Part shown: in pieces, positions 1 to 8,210 of the stretch
Numbering within the stretch: the stretch's first letter is position 1
Layout: each line of letters opens with the position of its first letter
Origin: Candidatus Saccharimonadota bacterium
Lineage (GTDB): Bacteria; Patescibacteriota; Gracilibacteria; UBA1369; 2-02-FULL-48-14
DNA length: 32,000 nucleotides
Reading direction: 5' to 3'
Assembly: GCA_016699145.1 (NCBI GenBank)
Contig: CP064962.1
Span: 840,001-872,000 of the forward strand
The notes under the pieces: model-generated
The model's input: only the letters and a program-made list of their open reading frames with translations
Told to the model about the DNA's origin: nothing
The model's database searches: none
Position numbers and translations under genes: made by a program

Positions 1-2
1 AT

Positions 3-461
3 GCCTGGCTTGCGCGGCTTTCACCAAAAGAGAATGTACAAAAATACAATGAACATTACGGAGATCCAGTGTTGTTGATATTGAATCAGTTCTTTGAAGA
101 GCAGAAAGGTGACATTATCATACCTGCTAATCAAGGTATGCCCCCTAAAGTATTCAGTACGGCGATTCAAACAGAATTAAAAAAACAACTCACTGAGGAG
201 CCGGACCTTCTTGAGGCTGGAGATGTAGCGGTTTTTTGGATTAAAAGCCCAGATACAGGCTTAGATGACGCCTTCCATTCTGGTGTGATTGAAAAAGTCA
301 ATGGAGAACTGCATCTCATCTCAAAACTAGGTGAGCTCCCTACGGCCCCCCTCCCTCTATGGTACGTACTCTGGTTTTATCTAGAGAGTGGTAAGCTACC
401 TGATATGAAAATCAAGATGTACAAAAAGAAGCCAGCTCAAGGTGCATCGGAGTTGAAGTAA
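3..461 (+). CDS. hypothetical protein, probably 5'-truncated by the window edge
   Basis: Frame is open from nt 3 with no stop before the GTG at 69 used by the ORF track. Stop TAA 459-461. No motif recognised. Confidence 0.45.
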   Translation, partial: AWLARLSPKENVQKYNEHYGDPVLLILNQFFEEQKGDIIIPANQGMPPKVFSTAIQTELKKQLTEEPDLLEAGDVAVFWIKSPDTGLDDAFHSGVIEKVNGELHLISKLGELPTAPLPLWYVLWFYLESGKLPDMKIKMYKKKPAQGASELK

Positions 462-489
462 ATATTAATTTAGCCTCACACGTTAAAGT

Positions 490-1161
490 ATGAAACAAAT
501 TCTATTGCCTGTACTCTTTATTTTCTTACTTGGGTGTTCATCCGGTGAAGAGAGGGTGATTTCAGTAACTCCTGAAAGTAAGCAAGAGGAGGTAGCAGAA
601 ACCACTCAAAACCCAGCCTCACTCAAAATCCGTGAAGATTATCTTGAATGTTTTTCAGGAAAAATGTGCGAGAACTTGGACGAAGCCAAACTTAGCCCGG
701 AAATGAAAGTGGTTTTAAAACCAGAAGTTCAGGGTTCTATCAATCAAGTATACCTGGAATTCTCTCAGAATAATGGGAAGTCAACCGTTGCCCCACTATT
801 GATAAACGGAGGTATTTTAACCAGCAATCATGCAATAATTTACTACACAGATGCTACGTACATCATTGTGGACTCTGGAGAGTATCTGACTTTTCAAACC
901 ACTCCATTCTATTTTTATAATGGAATCGAATGGAACAGACTTCCCATTGAGGGGAAAATTGAAGAGGTGCTTTATAAGGAAGAGCCCACATTCAATGAGG
1001 CTTGGTGGGTTGGTCCAGAAGATGTATCAGGTGAAAACCCAGATAGCATAGACCTCTCAGTAAGTTGGAACCCCACTCCAGAAACTGCTCCGGTCTCAAT
1101 AAATGTGAGTTTTAATGTAAAGACCTACGAAGTAAAAATCACGGATAGGCACACGTATTAA
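490..1161 (+). CDS. putative lipoprotein (hypothetical)
   Basis: 223-aa ORF. N-terminal signal peptide ending in lipobox LLGC|SS (MKQILLPVLFIFLLGCSSG). No other motif recognised. Confidence 0.6.
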   Translation: MKQILLPVLFIFLLGCSSGEERVISVTPESKQEEVAETTQNPASLKIREDYLECFSGKMCENLDEAKLSPEMKVVLKPEVQGSINQVYLEFSQNNGKSTVAPLLINGGILTSNHAIIYYTDATYIIVDSGEYLTFQTTPFYFYNGIEWNRLPIEGKIEEVLYKEEPTFNEAWWVGPEDVSGENPDSIDLSVSWNPTPETAPVSINVSFNVKTYEVKITDRHTY

Positions 1162-1217
1162 ACCTTCCCAATAGTAAACTAAAATGCAGGCAACATTGAA
1201 AAGGCCGGGTGCGAAGC

Positions 1218-2013
1218 CTAAGACAGTTCCTGTAAGCGGACGCCCAGTGTTTTGATGTCATACCCTGGTGGGATAAAGTTTGTTTTGCAGCGTACTGAAC
1301 CCTGTGAAACCTGAGTTCTTTGAAAGGGCACTTGTATAACAGTAATCCCGAACTTATCAGATAGTTCTTCAAAGACGGGTTGATGCGTTCTGCCCTGCCC
1401 CGTTAAAACGAAGATCTCTCCATGTGCATTTGTCAAAACGATTGAGTTTGTTGGAAGTTCAGAGCTGCCAGTTCTCGCCGTTTCAAAAACCTCAAGATGC
1501 TCCATTTTTGCTATTTGAGCCACCGCCTTACTATTCATAGACCTATATAGAGGGTCAACTACCCAAACGTCTTTTTCCGGGATGAGTAACATATCAAGGT
1601 CTAGGTGGTCTCTCTGAAAAGGTCTAGGTACAAAGTGTACCCTAGACACGTCGTATAGTTCTTTCAGCCGTGATGTCGTGTCATCTGCATCCAAACCTAC
1701 TATTCTAGGAAATGTATCTGGTGCTAGGACATAGTCACCACCAAAGATGAGGCTACCCCCCCTCTGCCAGATAACCTTGTTGTTGATGAGTTTGAACAAG
1801 GCCATTATGGAAGACCCATTGATCTCTTGGCCAAAGTGTTTCTGGAGCATAGAGTACTGCGAGGCCAAGGCTTTTTAACACCTCTATCAAACCCTTAACC
1901 TCTGCCTCTCTCGCATCTGCTAAGTAACGGAAATCAGCTCCAGCCCTATCCTCGTAGTGTTGACTCACAGTTTGTCCTACAACCGCAATTGCGTTCTCAA
2001 TTTTATATGCCAT
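1218..2013 (-). pseudogene. amidinotransferase / arginine-deiminase-fold (guanidino-group-modifying enzyme) protein, interrupted by a frameshift in a C7/G7 run
   Basis: Two overlapping ORFs (1753-2013 and 1218-1868) in different frames. Removing one G from the G7 run (plus-strand C7 at 1756-1762) fuses ...PRDQWVFHNG...LAEGG to SLIFGGDYVL... into a ~264-aa protein. Family-like motifs: PRD, (E)GGD-VL, C-terminal GSVRCKTN (catalytic-Cys-like). Confidence 0.55.
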
Positions 2014-2034
2014 TTAGGATCCTAGATTCTCATT

Positions 2035-3072
2035 TGAATCCGAACACTTGGTAAGATGAGTTCATGAAAAAAACGCTAAGAAGTTCTCACAGCTTTCCAA
2101 AAGTGAGAGGGATGAAATATTCATACTGAAGGGGAAAGGATATTCGCTCAGAGCTATCGCTAAAAGTCTGAAGAGAAGTGTTTCAACTGTTTCAGATGAA
2201 CTCAAACGTAATGAAGTGAATGGCAGCTATAACCCGAAGAAAGCACAGCAGAAAAGCTATGTACGAAGGCGCTCCGCTCGCTTTCAAGGGAAGAAAGTTG
2301 CAATGAACAAGAAATTGAGAGATTTCGTAGAAGAAAAACTAAGAGATGATATTTCTCCAGCCGCTATTTCTGGGAGACTCAAATGCCAAGAGGGAGCTCT
2401 TCCTTTTGCCTCCAAAGACAGTATTTATCGCTTCCTAAAAAGCCCCTATGGAAGAGCTTTGGAGTATGAACGTGAGCAGAAAACAAAACATCGAAGAAAG
2501 AGGCCCAAAGTACTTTCAAAACTTTCGGACAGAACGTTCATAAATGAGCGTCCTAACAGAATAGAAATGAGAGAAGATGTGGGAGACATTGAAGGAGATT
2601 TCATAGTTTCAGGGAAAACGGGAAAGGGTTCACTTTTGGTTGCTGTGGACAGGAAACTAAGAGTTTCATTTCTTGAAAAGATCTTCCCAGTGACGATTGA
2701 AGAAGTTCATGAGGCTTTTTGCGAATCCAAAAACGTTTTCCAGAGCTTCAAAGCATGACTACGGACAATGATATTCTCTTCCAGAAACACAAGGAATTGG
2801 AGAAGCTGCTGGGCATTAAAATCTACTTTTGCCACCCTTATCATTCATGGGAAAAGGGCACAGTGGAAAACACGAATAAAATCATTCGGAAAGATATTCC
2901 TAAAGGCAGTGATATTTCAAAATACAGTAAAGCTTTCATTCAAAGGCTTGAAGAAAAACTCAATCGTAGACCGCTCAAGTGTTTGAATTATCTCACCCCA
3001 AAAGAAGCTCTTTTGGTGCACCGCGAAATCACAAAACTCAAAAAATCCTAATCCATTAAGTGTTCGGATTCA
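2035..3072 (+). mobile_element. IS30-family insertion sequence, decayed (~1038 bp)
   Basis: 15-bp perfect terminal inverted repeats: TGAATCCGAACACTT (2035-2049) and AAGTGTTCGGATTCA (3058-3072). They enclose an IS30-type transposase reading frame. Confidence 0.8.
2064..3051 (+). pseudogene. IS30-family DDE transposase, two frameshifts
   Basis: N-terminal HTH (SERDEIFILKGKGYSLRAIAKSLKRSVSTVSDELKRN) and C-terminal DDE region (TTDNDILF...YFCHPYHSWEKGTVENTNKIIRKDIPKG...LNRRPLKCLNYLTPKE). The ATG at 2064 is out of frame; A7->A8 at 2067-2073 restores it. A second break lies at T5 (2716-2720); T6 restores EAFLRIQKRFPE. Confidence 0.8.
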
Positions 3073-3136
3073 GCCCGTCCAGTGCCGATCAGTGAAGAAG
3101 CTCACAATAACATGTAAGTATAAAATGTCAATGGCG

Positions 3137-4071
3137 TGTAATGGTTCAATAGCTTTGCATCACCCCTGTGCAAAGATATGGACATGGCATACACACAAAA
3201 TCCCCATCTGCCTCGGGTGCGAATGGAGGCAGCAAAGTTAGTTCTGGAAAAAGGCTGGAGCACACGCGAAGTGGCCAGACACACAGGTTTTAACCAAAGC
3301 AGCATTGTGCGGTGGGTGGAAAAGCTCAGAGGCAATAACTATGGCCACACCATTCCCACAGAAAGCTCACGTCCCCATTCGCACCCCAGTGAGCTTTCTG
3401 CAGAGACAGTGCAGAAAGTCATAGAGTACAGACTCAAGTACCAGCGGTGTGCAGAAGTGATTCACTATTTTCTGGAAAGAGATGGCTACGAAGTGAGTCT
3501 TTCCAGTGTGAAGAGAACACTCAAAAGGAACGAGATGACCAAATACAGCAAGTGGAAGAAGTGGCACCAGTATGAGGAAAGACCGCGGCCTGAAAAACCA
3601 GGCATATTGGTGCAAATAGACACGATTGTGGATGGGCCTTATTATGACAGACTTTATGTATACACTATGCTGGACGTGTGCAGCAGATGGGCCTCTGCTA
3701 TGCCGGTGATGAAGATTGGAACCCACGCAAGTTGGGAGTTTATTCAGCACTCACAAGAAGACATGCCCTTTGAACTTAAAATGATCCAGACAGACCATGG
3801 AAGTGAGTTTTCCAAGTGGCTCACTAAAACGCTTGTAGCTAATGAAATTCAGCACAGGCATTCAAGAGTACGAACACCCACAGACAATGCCTATGTGGAG
3901 AGATTCAACAGAACCATCCAGGAGGAATGCCTCTCCCGAGTCCCAAAGACTTTAGAGGCTTACAAAAAAGCAATCCCTGACTTCCTTCACTATTACAATT
4001 TTGAACGTCCTCACATGGGTCTTCACATGCTAACTCCTAACGAAGTGATGCAAAGCTATTGATTACAAAAC
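3137..4071 (+). mobile_element. IS481-family-like insertion sequence, copy 1 (935 bp)
   Basis: Ends TGTAATGG...GATTACAAAAC. 18-bp perfect IR core TCAATAGCTTTGCATCAC (3146-3163) / GTGATGCAAAGCTATTGA (4045-4062). 6-bp direct repeat ATGGCG at 3131-3136 and 4072-4077. Same length and apparently the same sequence as copy 3. Confidence 0.85.
3178..4062 (+). CDS. IS481-like (rve/integrase-core DDE) transposase
   Basis: 294 aa. HTH WSTREVARHTGFNQSSIVRW. DDE candidates in VQIDT, QTDHGSEF, AYVERFNRTIQEE. C-terminal YNFERPHMGL. Protein identical to 24551-25435. Confidence 0.9.
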   Translation: MDMAYTQNPHLPRVRMEAAKLVLEKGWSTREVARHTGFNQSSIVRWVEKLRGNNYGHTIPTESSRPHSHPSELSAETVQKVIEYRLKYQRCAEVIHYFLERDGYEVSLSSVKRTLKRNEMTKYSKWKKWHQYEERPRPEKPGILVQIDTIVDGPYYDRLYVYTMLDVCSRWASAMPVMKIGTHASWEFIQHSQEDMPFELKMIQTDHGSEFSKWLTKTLVANEIQHRHSRVRTPTDNAYVERFNRTIQEECLSRVPKTLEAYKKAIPDFLHYYNFERPHMGLHMLTPNEVMQSY

Positions 4072-4076
4072 ATGGC

Positions 4077-4134
4077 GTGTATGTCATGTCCATATCTTTG
4101 CACAGGGGTGATGCAAAGCTATTGAACCACTACA
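4077..4134 (-). repeat. solo inverted copy of the first 58 nt of the 935-bp IS (left-end fragment)
   Basis: The reverse complement of 4077-4134 matches IS nt 1-58 (3137-3194) with 2 mismatches. No transposase sequence follows it. Confidence 0.8.
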
Positions 4135-4139
4135 TAACA

Positions 4140-4167
4140 TTGACAGAATCAAAATAGGTGATACTGT
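4140..4167 (+). promoter_or_regulatory. candidate sigma70-type promoter of the 4189 gene
   Basis: TTGACA (4140-4145), 16-nt spacer, TACTGT (4162-4167); 21 nt upstream of the ATG at 4189. Confidence 0.4.
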
Positions 4168-4188
4168 GCTATTCTAGCCTAGCTTTCA

Positions 4189-5454
4189 ATGTCATCAGAA
4201 AAAATCTTGGTAGATGCAATCTCTGATCCAGAAGTGCAAAATCAATTTGTATGTGTAGGTGGAGTGACCTTGATGGTGGAGGATTTTGTAAATATTTGGA
4301 ATGGTGAATTTATTTTTCCTGGTTTGAGTCCAGAAGAACTTTCAATGATTGATTCAATGTATGACCTAGAATCGGTCAATGGTCTTCTTTATTCGATGCC
4401 ACATTCTGTATTTGGTAGTCGTGTTGCTAATACTTGTTTTGAAACTGTGTCACGTTTGAAAAAGTTTCTGGAAATTAGAGGTATGATTGCTCGCTACAAA
4501 AAAACACACGATAGTGGCATTTTAAGTATGCATCGTGTTCTATCAGCCCTTGGAGGAGAAAGGTATCAATTTAGTACTATTGCTGAATTTGTATCTGCTT
4601 TGCCTGGTGTAACGCCTACCGCAGTCGATGCTGCTTTGGTACAAGGTGCTATTTCTGAACATATTGGTTCTTCAGATGTTCAAGTCCACTATATGACCGA
4701 ACGTGGCTCTGAAGCCATAAGCAGTGTGGTTGATGAGTCTAGACATGCCCTTGTGTGTAGTATTTTAGGGGTTAAACCCAAGCTTGTTGATAAGATTCCA
4801 TTATTTATTTTAGAACGGTTGGCCTTTGAAGTTGAACCTTCTGATGATGACATCCGAGAGCTTAGCAGGATGAACAATATTGGTTCACATGGAGTCGTGA
4901 CGGGTATCCAATTAACACAGTGGATAACCTTTTTAGGTGGATTTGGTTTGTTTGCTCATGGCATAACCCAAGTAATGACTGACCTTCCCATGGCTGAAAT
5001 GGAAATTAAAGTAGGTGTGGAGCTCATGTGTCTTATTGGAGTCTATCTTATGCTGTTGTACCCTGCTAATGCACGTAAGATTGCTGTATCTTTAGCTTCT
5101 AGCGATAGTCGTTATTCGAAGATGTATAAAGGTCTAGCTGAAAACATAGGAACACTTAAAGATTCACCATATGGTAAATCAAGATTGGTCTTGCTCAGAG
5201 AAATTGTGCGTGAAGCTTATGGAAAGAAGAATAATACTGAGGCTCTTCGAATTGCTTTGGAAGCCTTTGGCACTGAAGAAGAAATTGAAGGGTTTAATCG
5301 CTTCTCAAATTCTCAAGGTGTAGGTTATGACAGTCCTGAAGGGGTACTTAGTTTGCTGGCAGATTATCAGTCTTATTTGTTAGCTAACGAGAAGTTGTCA
5401 GCGGAGCTTGAAGAGTCTTTACGAAGAGCTACCCCGGGAAGAGTTTCACAGTAG
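4189..5454 (+). CDS. hypothetical two-TM membrane protein, paralogue of 15303-16640
   Basis: 421 aa, AT-rich. Shares with the 445-aa ORF the blocks FVxxGGxxxxVEDxxxxxxG, a ILER motif, two central hydrophobic helices, (L/F)(L/I)VREI(V/I) and C-terminal LLxD(Y/F)xxYLxAxxxLxxEL. Confidence 0.7.
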   Translation: MSSEKILVDAISDPEVQNQFVCVGGVTLMVEDFVNIWNGEFIFPGLSPEELSMIDSMYDLESVNGLLYSMPHSVFGSRVANTCFETVSRLKKFLEIRGMIARYKKTHDSGILSMHRVLSALGGERYQFSTIAEFVSALPGVTPTAVDAALVQGAISEHIGSSDVQVHYMTERGSEAISSVVDESRHALVCSILGVKPKLVDKIPLFILERLAFEVEPSDDDIRELSRMNNIGSHGVVTGIQLTQWITFLGGFGLFAHGITQVMTDLPMAEMEIKVGVELMCLIGVYLMLLYPANARKIAVSLASSDSRYSKMYKGLAENIGTLKDSPYGKSRLVLLREIVREAYGKKNNTEALRIALEAFGTEEEIEGFNRFSNSQGVGYDSPEGVLSLLADYQSYLLANEKLSAELEESLRRATPGRVSQ

Positions 5455-5496
5455 TGTATTTGCGAAATAACGGCTTGCAGAAGCCATTTAATGAAT

Positions 5497-5573
5497 TGGT
5501 CGGGGTAGCAGGACTCGAACCTGCGGCCTCTCGGTCCCAAACCGAGCGCAATAGCCAACTTTGCTATACCCCG
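5497..5573 (-). tRNA. tRNA-Pro (anticodon UGG)
   Basis: Cloverleaf by hand. Acceptor CGGGGTA/TACCCCG, anticodon arm CTCGG-TTTGGGA-CCGAG, T arm GCAGG-TTCGAGT-CCTGC. Discriminator A plus encoded CCA. Confidence 0.9.
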
Positions 5574-5639
5574 ACTGAGTGCACAGTGCACGCAAACAAA
5601 AGTCCAGTGCGCGAGCGAGTATAAGCGAAATCCACCAAG

Positions 5640-7847
5640 TTACGCAACCTTCTTCTCCTTCGACCCCCCTCCCGCACGTTTGTCTTTGGCAACGTTAACG
5701 AACAAATCTCTCAAAGCTTGCTTGCGGTAAACGTTCAAGGTCATCTTCTTATCTTTATTAAAAGGATCAGGAATATCCTCAGAATCACCGAGTCTAACGC
5801 CTATCCGTGCAGTGGAGGCACCTTCGTAGATGTAAACCTTGCCAGTGATAAGATCCTTCAACTGAAGAGTGACCGTTTGTTGACTGTCTTCATTCACACC
5901 AAACTTTAAACTTTCATAACTTTTACCTCTCAAAACCGCATCCACTTTTGCTGTCAAACGCTCTTCACGACCTTCGCGCAAAAACGCTTTGTCCAAAAGG
6001 ATGTGTACCCCCTCCTTAAGTGCGCCTTGCGAAAGCGCCTCTTGAGCGTCCACCTGACCTTTGAGCTTCCCGTCCTTATTCGGCACAGGGGCTTCAGCAC
6101 CAGTAGTGCTTGGAGCAGCACCGGGAGTCGTTTCGGTGGCAGGCTGAGCTCCTTCTGCAGAGGTTGTTACAGGCGTTTCAGTCGTTCCAGGAGTGCCAGC
6201 TACCGCTACCTCCTTCTTAGAAATCATGAACTTTGTATTATAACCTGCGCCAACCAACAAACGCTTCCCCTCCGGATTCTTCCATGTTCCATCCTTATAA
6301 CGATATTCTCCTCCATCCTCCGTCCGCAGAACCGTTTCACCGATTTCAGCCGCAGGAATTTCAGTCGCAGCGCCACTGCCTTCGGGGCCAACAAGGTGCT
6401 GAATGCGACTTTCTAAGACAGGCACATCTTCGGTAAGCTCTACAGAAGTGCTACCATCAGAATTTTCCGTTTTCTTCACATATTTTTCTGGATTTGCTTC
6501 CAAATCTTTCACAAAATCACTCTCGGATTCAATCTGCACGGAAGCCTTTTCAGATGAATCACCAGCCGACTCTAGGTCCGCCATTTCACCGCCAGCCTCT
6601 TCCTCCACGATAGACGCTTCACCGTCTGAACTGACCGGACCTACATCGCTCACATCAGGCGTACTTTCACTTGAAAGATCTTCACTGGGCGAAGTGCCAA
6701 AAGCTTCTGGCTCCGCTTCTGAAGTTTGACCATGAAGAGAAGGTATACCAGCAACAAGATCTGTCCTTTGTTTATTGAGCGCATCCAAAAGGCGTTGATC
6801 CGCAAATTGACGGAAAGCCTCAGGATCTTGACTCCTAATAACAGGGACAGATTCTTTATAAGAAGGTACGTCTGGCTTAAACTTAGTGGAGTTCTGCATT
6901 GAATCAAAATCGTAGACCTCTACAGTACGAACACCTTGAGGAAGGCGAGTGCTCCCCTCTTTTAGCGCAGTGGCGAGCGCCTTTTCGAAACTGCGAACGT
7001 CTAAAGCTGCATTTGCAAGTCCAGAAAGAAAAGGCTCATTAGCGTAGGCACTTGAGCTATAACGACATCCACTCCCTTCAATGATCCATACAGTCTTAGC
7101 GCCAGCATAAGCGCCATCAACCCTCAAAATCAAACGGCCTGCTTCTCCCAATTCAGGATTGCTCACCGTAACAACAGGCATATGGTCAGGCCCAACCTTT
7201 AATTGTGCCGTTACCCCTTCCCCAAAATCCAAATTCCTCATTTCACCCGCAATTTCCGTTGCAATACGAAGACGCTCAGATCGCTCTGCATCTAAGGGAA
7301 CTTGTTCTTTGCTCTTAGGAGAAGGGGAAACAGATACTTGACAGTACTCCTTAAAAAACGCTTCCAATCTAAACAAACCAAGATCAATATCGGCCTGATA
7401 AGGCACAGGCACTCGAAGAGCCTTGTTTAAAGCGGCTGCATCTTCAGGATGAGCCTGGGCATACTGTGTCAAAACGTTTTCACCATAAAACGGAGTCTGC
7501 AAATGCGTGTTGCGATACACATTCAAAGCGTCAGACAAATTTTTCACTGAAAATTCTCGTTCAAGGGGACTTTCTGGAGCCTTTAGCGCCTCATACTCAT
7601 CTAAAAAGCTGTCAAGCTCAGCGAGCTTGATTTGAATATTGTAGGAAAGATCAATACCCTCATCAGTATGGTCCTTGAGCAATCGAGTCAAATCCGCAGA
7701 CTCTTTAGGAAAGTTATAGGTGTAAAATTCCAAAAATTCTGGATCATACTCAGTAGCGCCATACAGCGACTCATTGTAATTCTGCAATGCCTCGCTCAAA
7801 TCATGACCGGCATCGGTACTTTGATTGGGTAATTCAAGAGGAGACAT
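5640..7847 (-). CDS. large acidic hypothetical protein
   Basis: Long uninterrupted ORF (738 aa from TTG 7856; first ATG at 7847, 5 nt after the upstream stop). Ser/Glu/Asp- and Thr/Pro-rich low-complexity centre. No motif recognised. Confidence 0.7.
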   Translation of the reverse strand: MSPLELPNQSTDAGHDLSEALQNYNESLYGATEYDPEFLEFYTYNFPKESADLTRLLKDHTDEGIDLSYNIQIKLAELDSFLDEYEALKAPESPLEREFSVKNLSDALNVYRNTHLQTPFYGENVLTQYAQAHPEDAAALNKALRVPVPYQADIDLGLFRLEAFFKEYCQVSVSPSPKSKEQVPLDAERSERLRIATEIAGEMRNLDFGEGVTAQLKVGPDHMPVVTVSNPELGEAGRLILRVDGAYAGAKTVWIIEGSGCRYSSSAYANEPFLSGLANAALDVRSFEKALATALKEGSTRLPQGVRTVEVYDFDSMQNSTKFKPDVPSYKESVPVIRSQDPEAFRQFADQRLLDALNKQRTDLVAGIPSLHGQTSEAEPEAFGTSPSEDLSSESTPDVSDVGPVSSDGEASIVEEEAGGEMADLESAGDSSEKASVQIESESDFVKDLEANPEKYVKKTENSDGSTSVELTEDVPVLESRIQHLVGPEGSGAATEIPAAEIGETVLRTEDGGEYRYKDGTWKNPEGKRLLVGAGYNTKFMISKKEVAVAGTPGTTETPVTTSAEGAQPATETTPGAAPSTTGAEAPVPNKDGKLKGQVDAQEALSQGALKEGVHILLDKAFLREGREERLTAKVDAVLRGKSYESLKFGVNEDSQQTVTLQLKDLITGKVYIYEGASTARIGVRLGDSEDIPDPFNKDKKMTLNVYRKQALRDLFVNVAKDKRAGGGSKEKKVA

Positions 7848-7852
7848 AAGGT

Positions 7853-8170
7853 TCAATTAAGAGTTGAAAGTAAGGAATCGGCTTGGCTTTGTGAAGCCGC
7901 CACATCTGCAGATTCAGCTGCAACGCGTTTCGTCCGCGCTTTATCGGCCTGCCACTCACTATGCGCGGCCGCCGCCTTTTTTAAAACTTCAGTTTTTGAC
8001 TGCAAGTCTTTCATCTGCGCGGCTTTTAAATCCAAAAGAAACTGTTTCAAACGGAGCAAATCTTCTTCCTTCATGTTTGGAGCCAACTGCAAAATGCGTG
8101 CGAGTGTTTCTCCTGTTAAAGCAGGGATTCCTTTCGCCAGGTTCAGAACTTCATCAAGCAAAGCAGCCAT
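7853..8170 (-). CDS. hypothetical protein (predicted helical/coiled-coil)
   Basis: 105-aa ORF with ATG start, abutting the downstream 5640 gene (operon-like). Confidence 0.55.
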   Translation of the reverse strand: MAALLDEVLNLAKGIPALTGETLARILQLAPNMKEEDLLRLKQFLLDLKAAQMKDLQSKTEVLKKAAAAHSEWQADKARTKRVAAESADVAASQSQADSLLSTLN

Positions 8171-8210
8171 TTGTTTTTGTTTTTAATCTTTTCATTGTAG
8201 CATAAGTCCA

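Noticed and set aside
2064-2073. Programmed ribosomal frameshifting on the A7 run of the IS30 transposase.
   Set aside because: The run sits at codons 2-4, where frameshifting would serve no purpose. As far as I know, IS30-family transposases are single-ORF. A second unrelated break exists at a T5 run, so decay or sequencing error is simpler.
3137-4134. Treating the 58-bp inverted repeat at 4077-4134 as the true right end of the IS (a 998-bp element).
   Set aside because: Copies 2 and 3 both end at GATTACAAAAC. The 6-bp TSDs of copies 1 and 3 only work with the 935-bp boundaries. The sequence flanking 3137 and 4134 shows no duplication.
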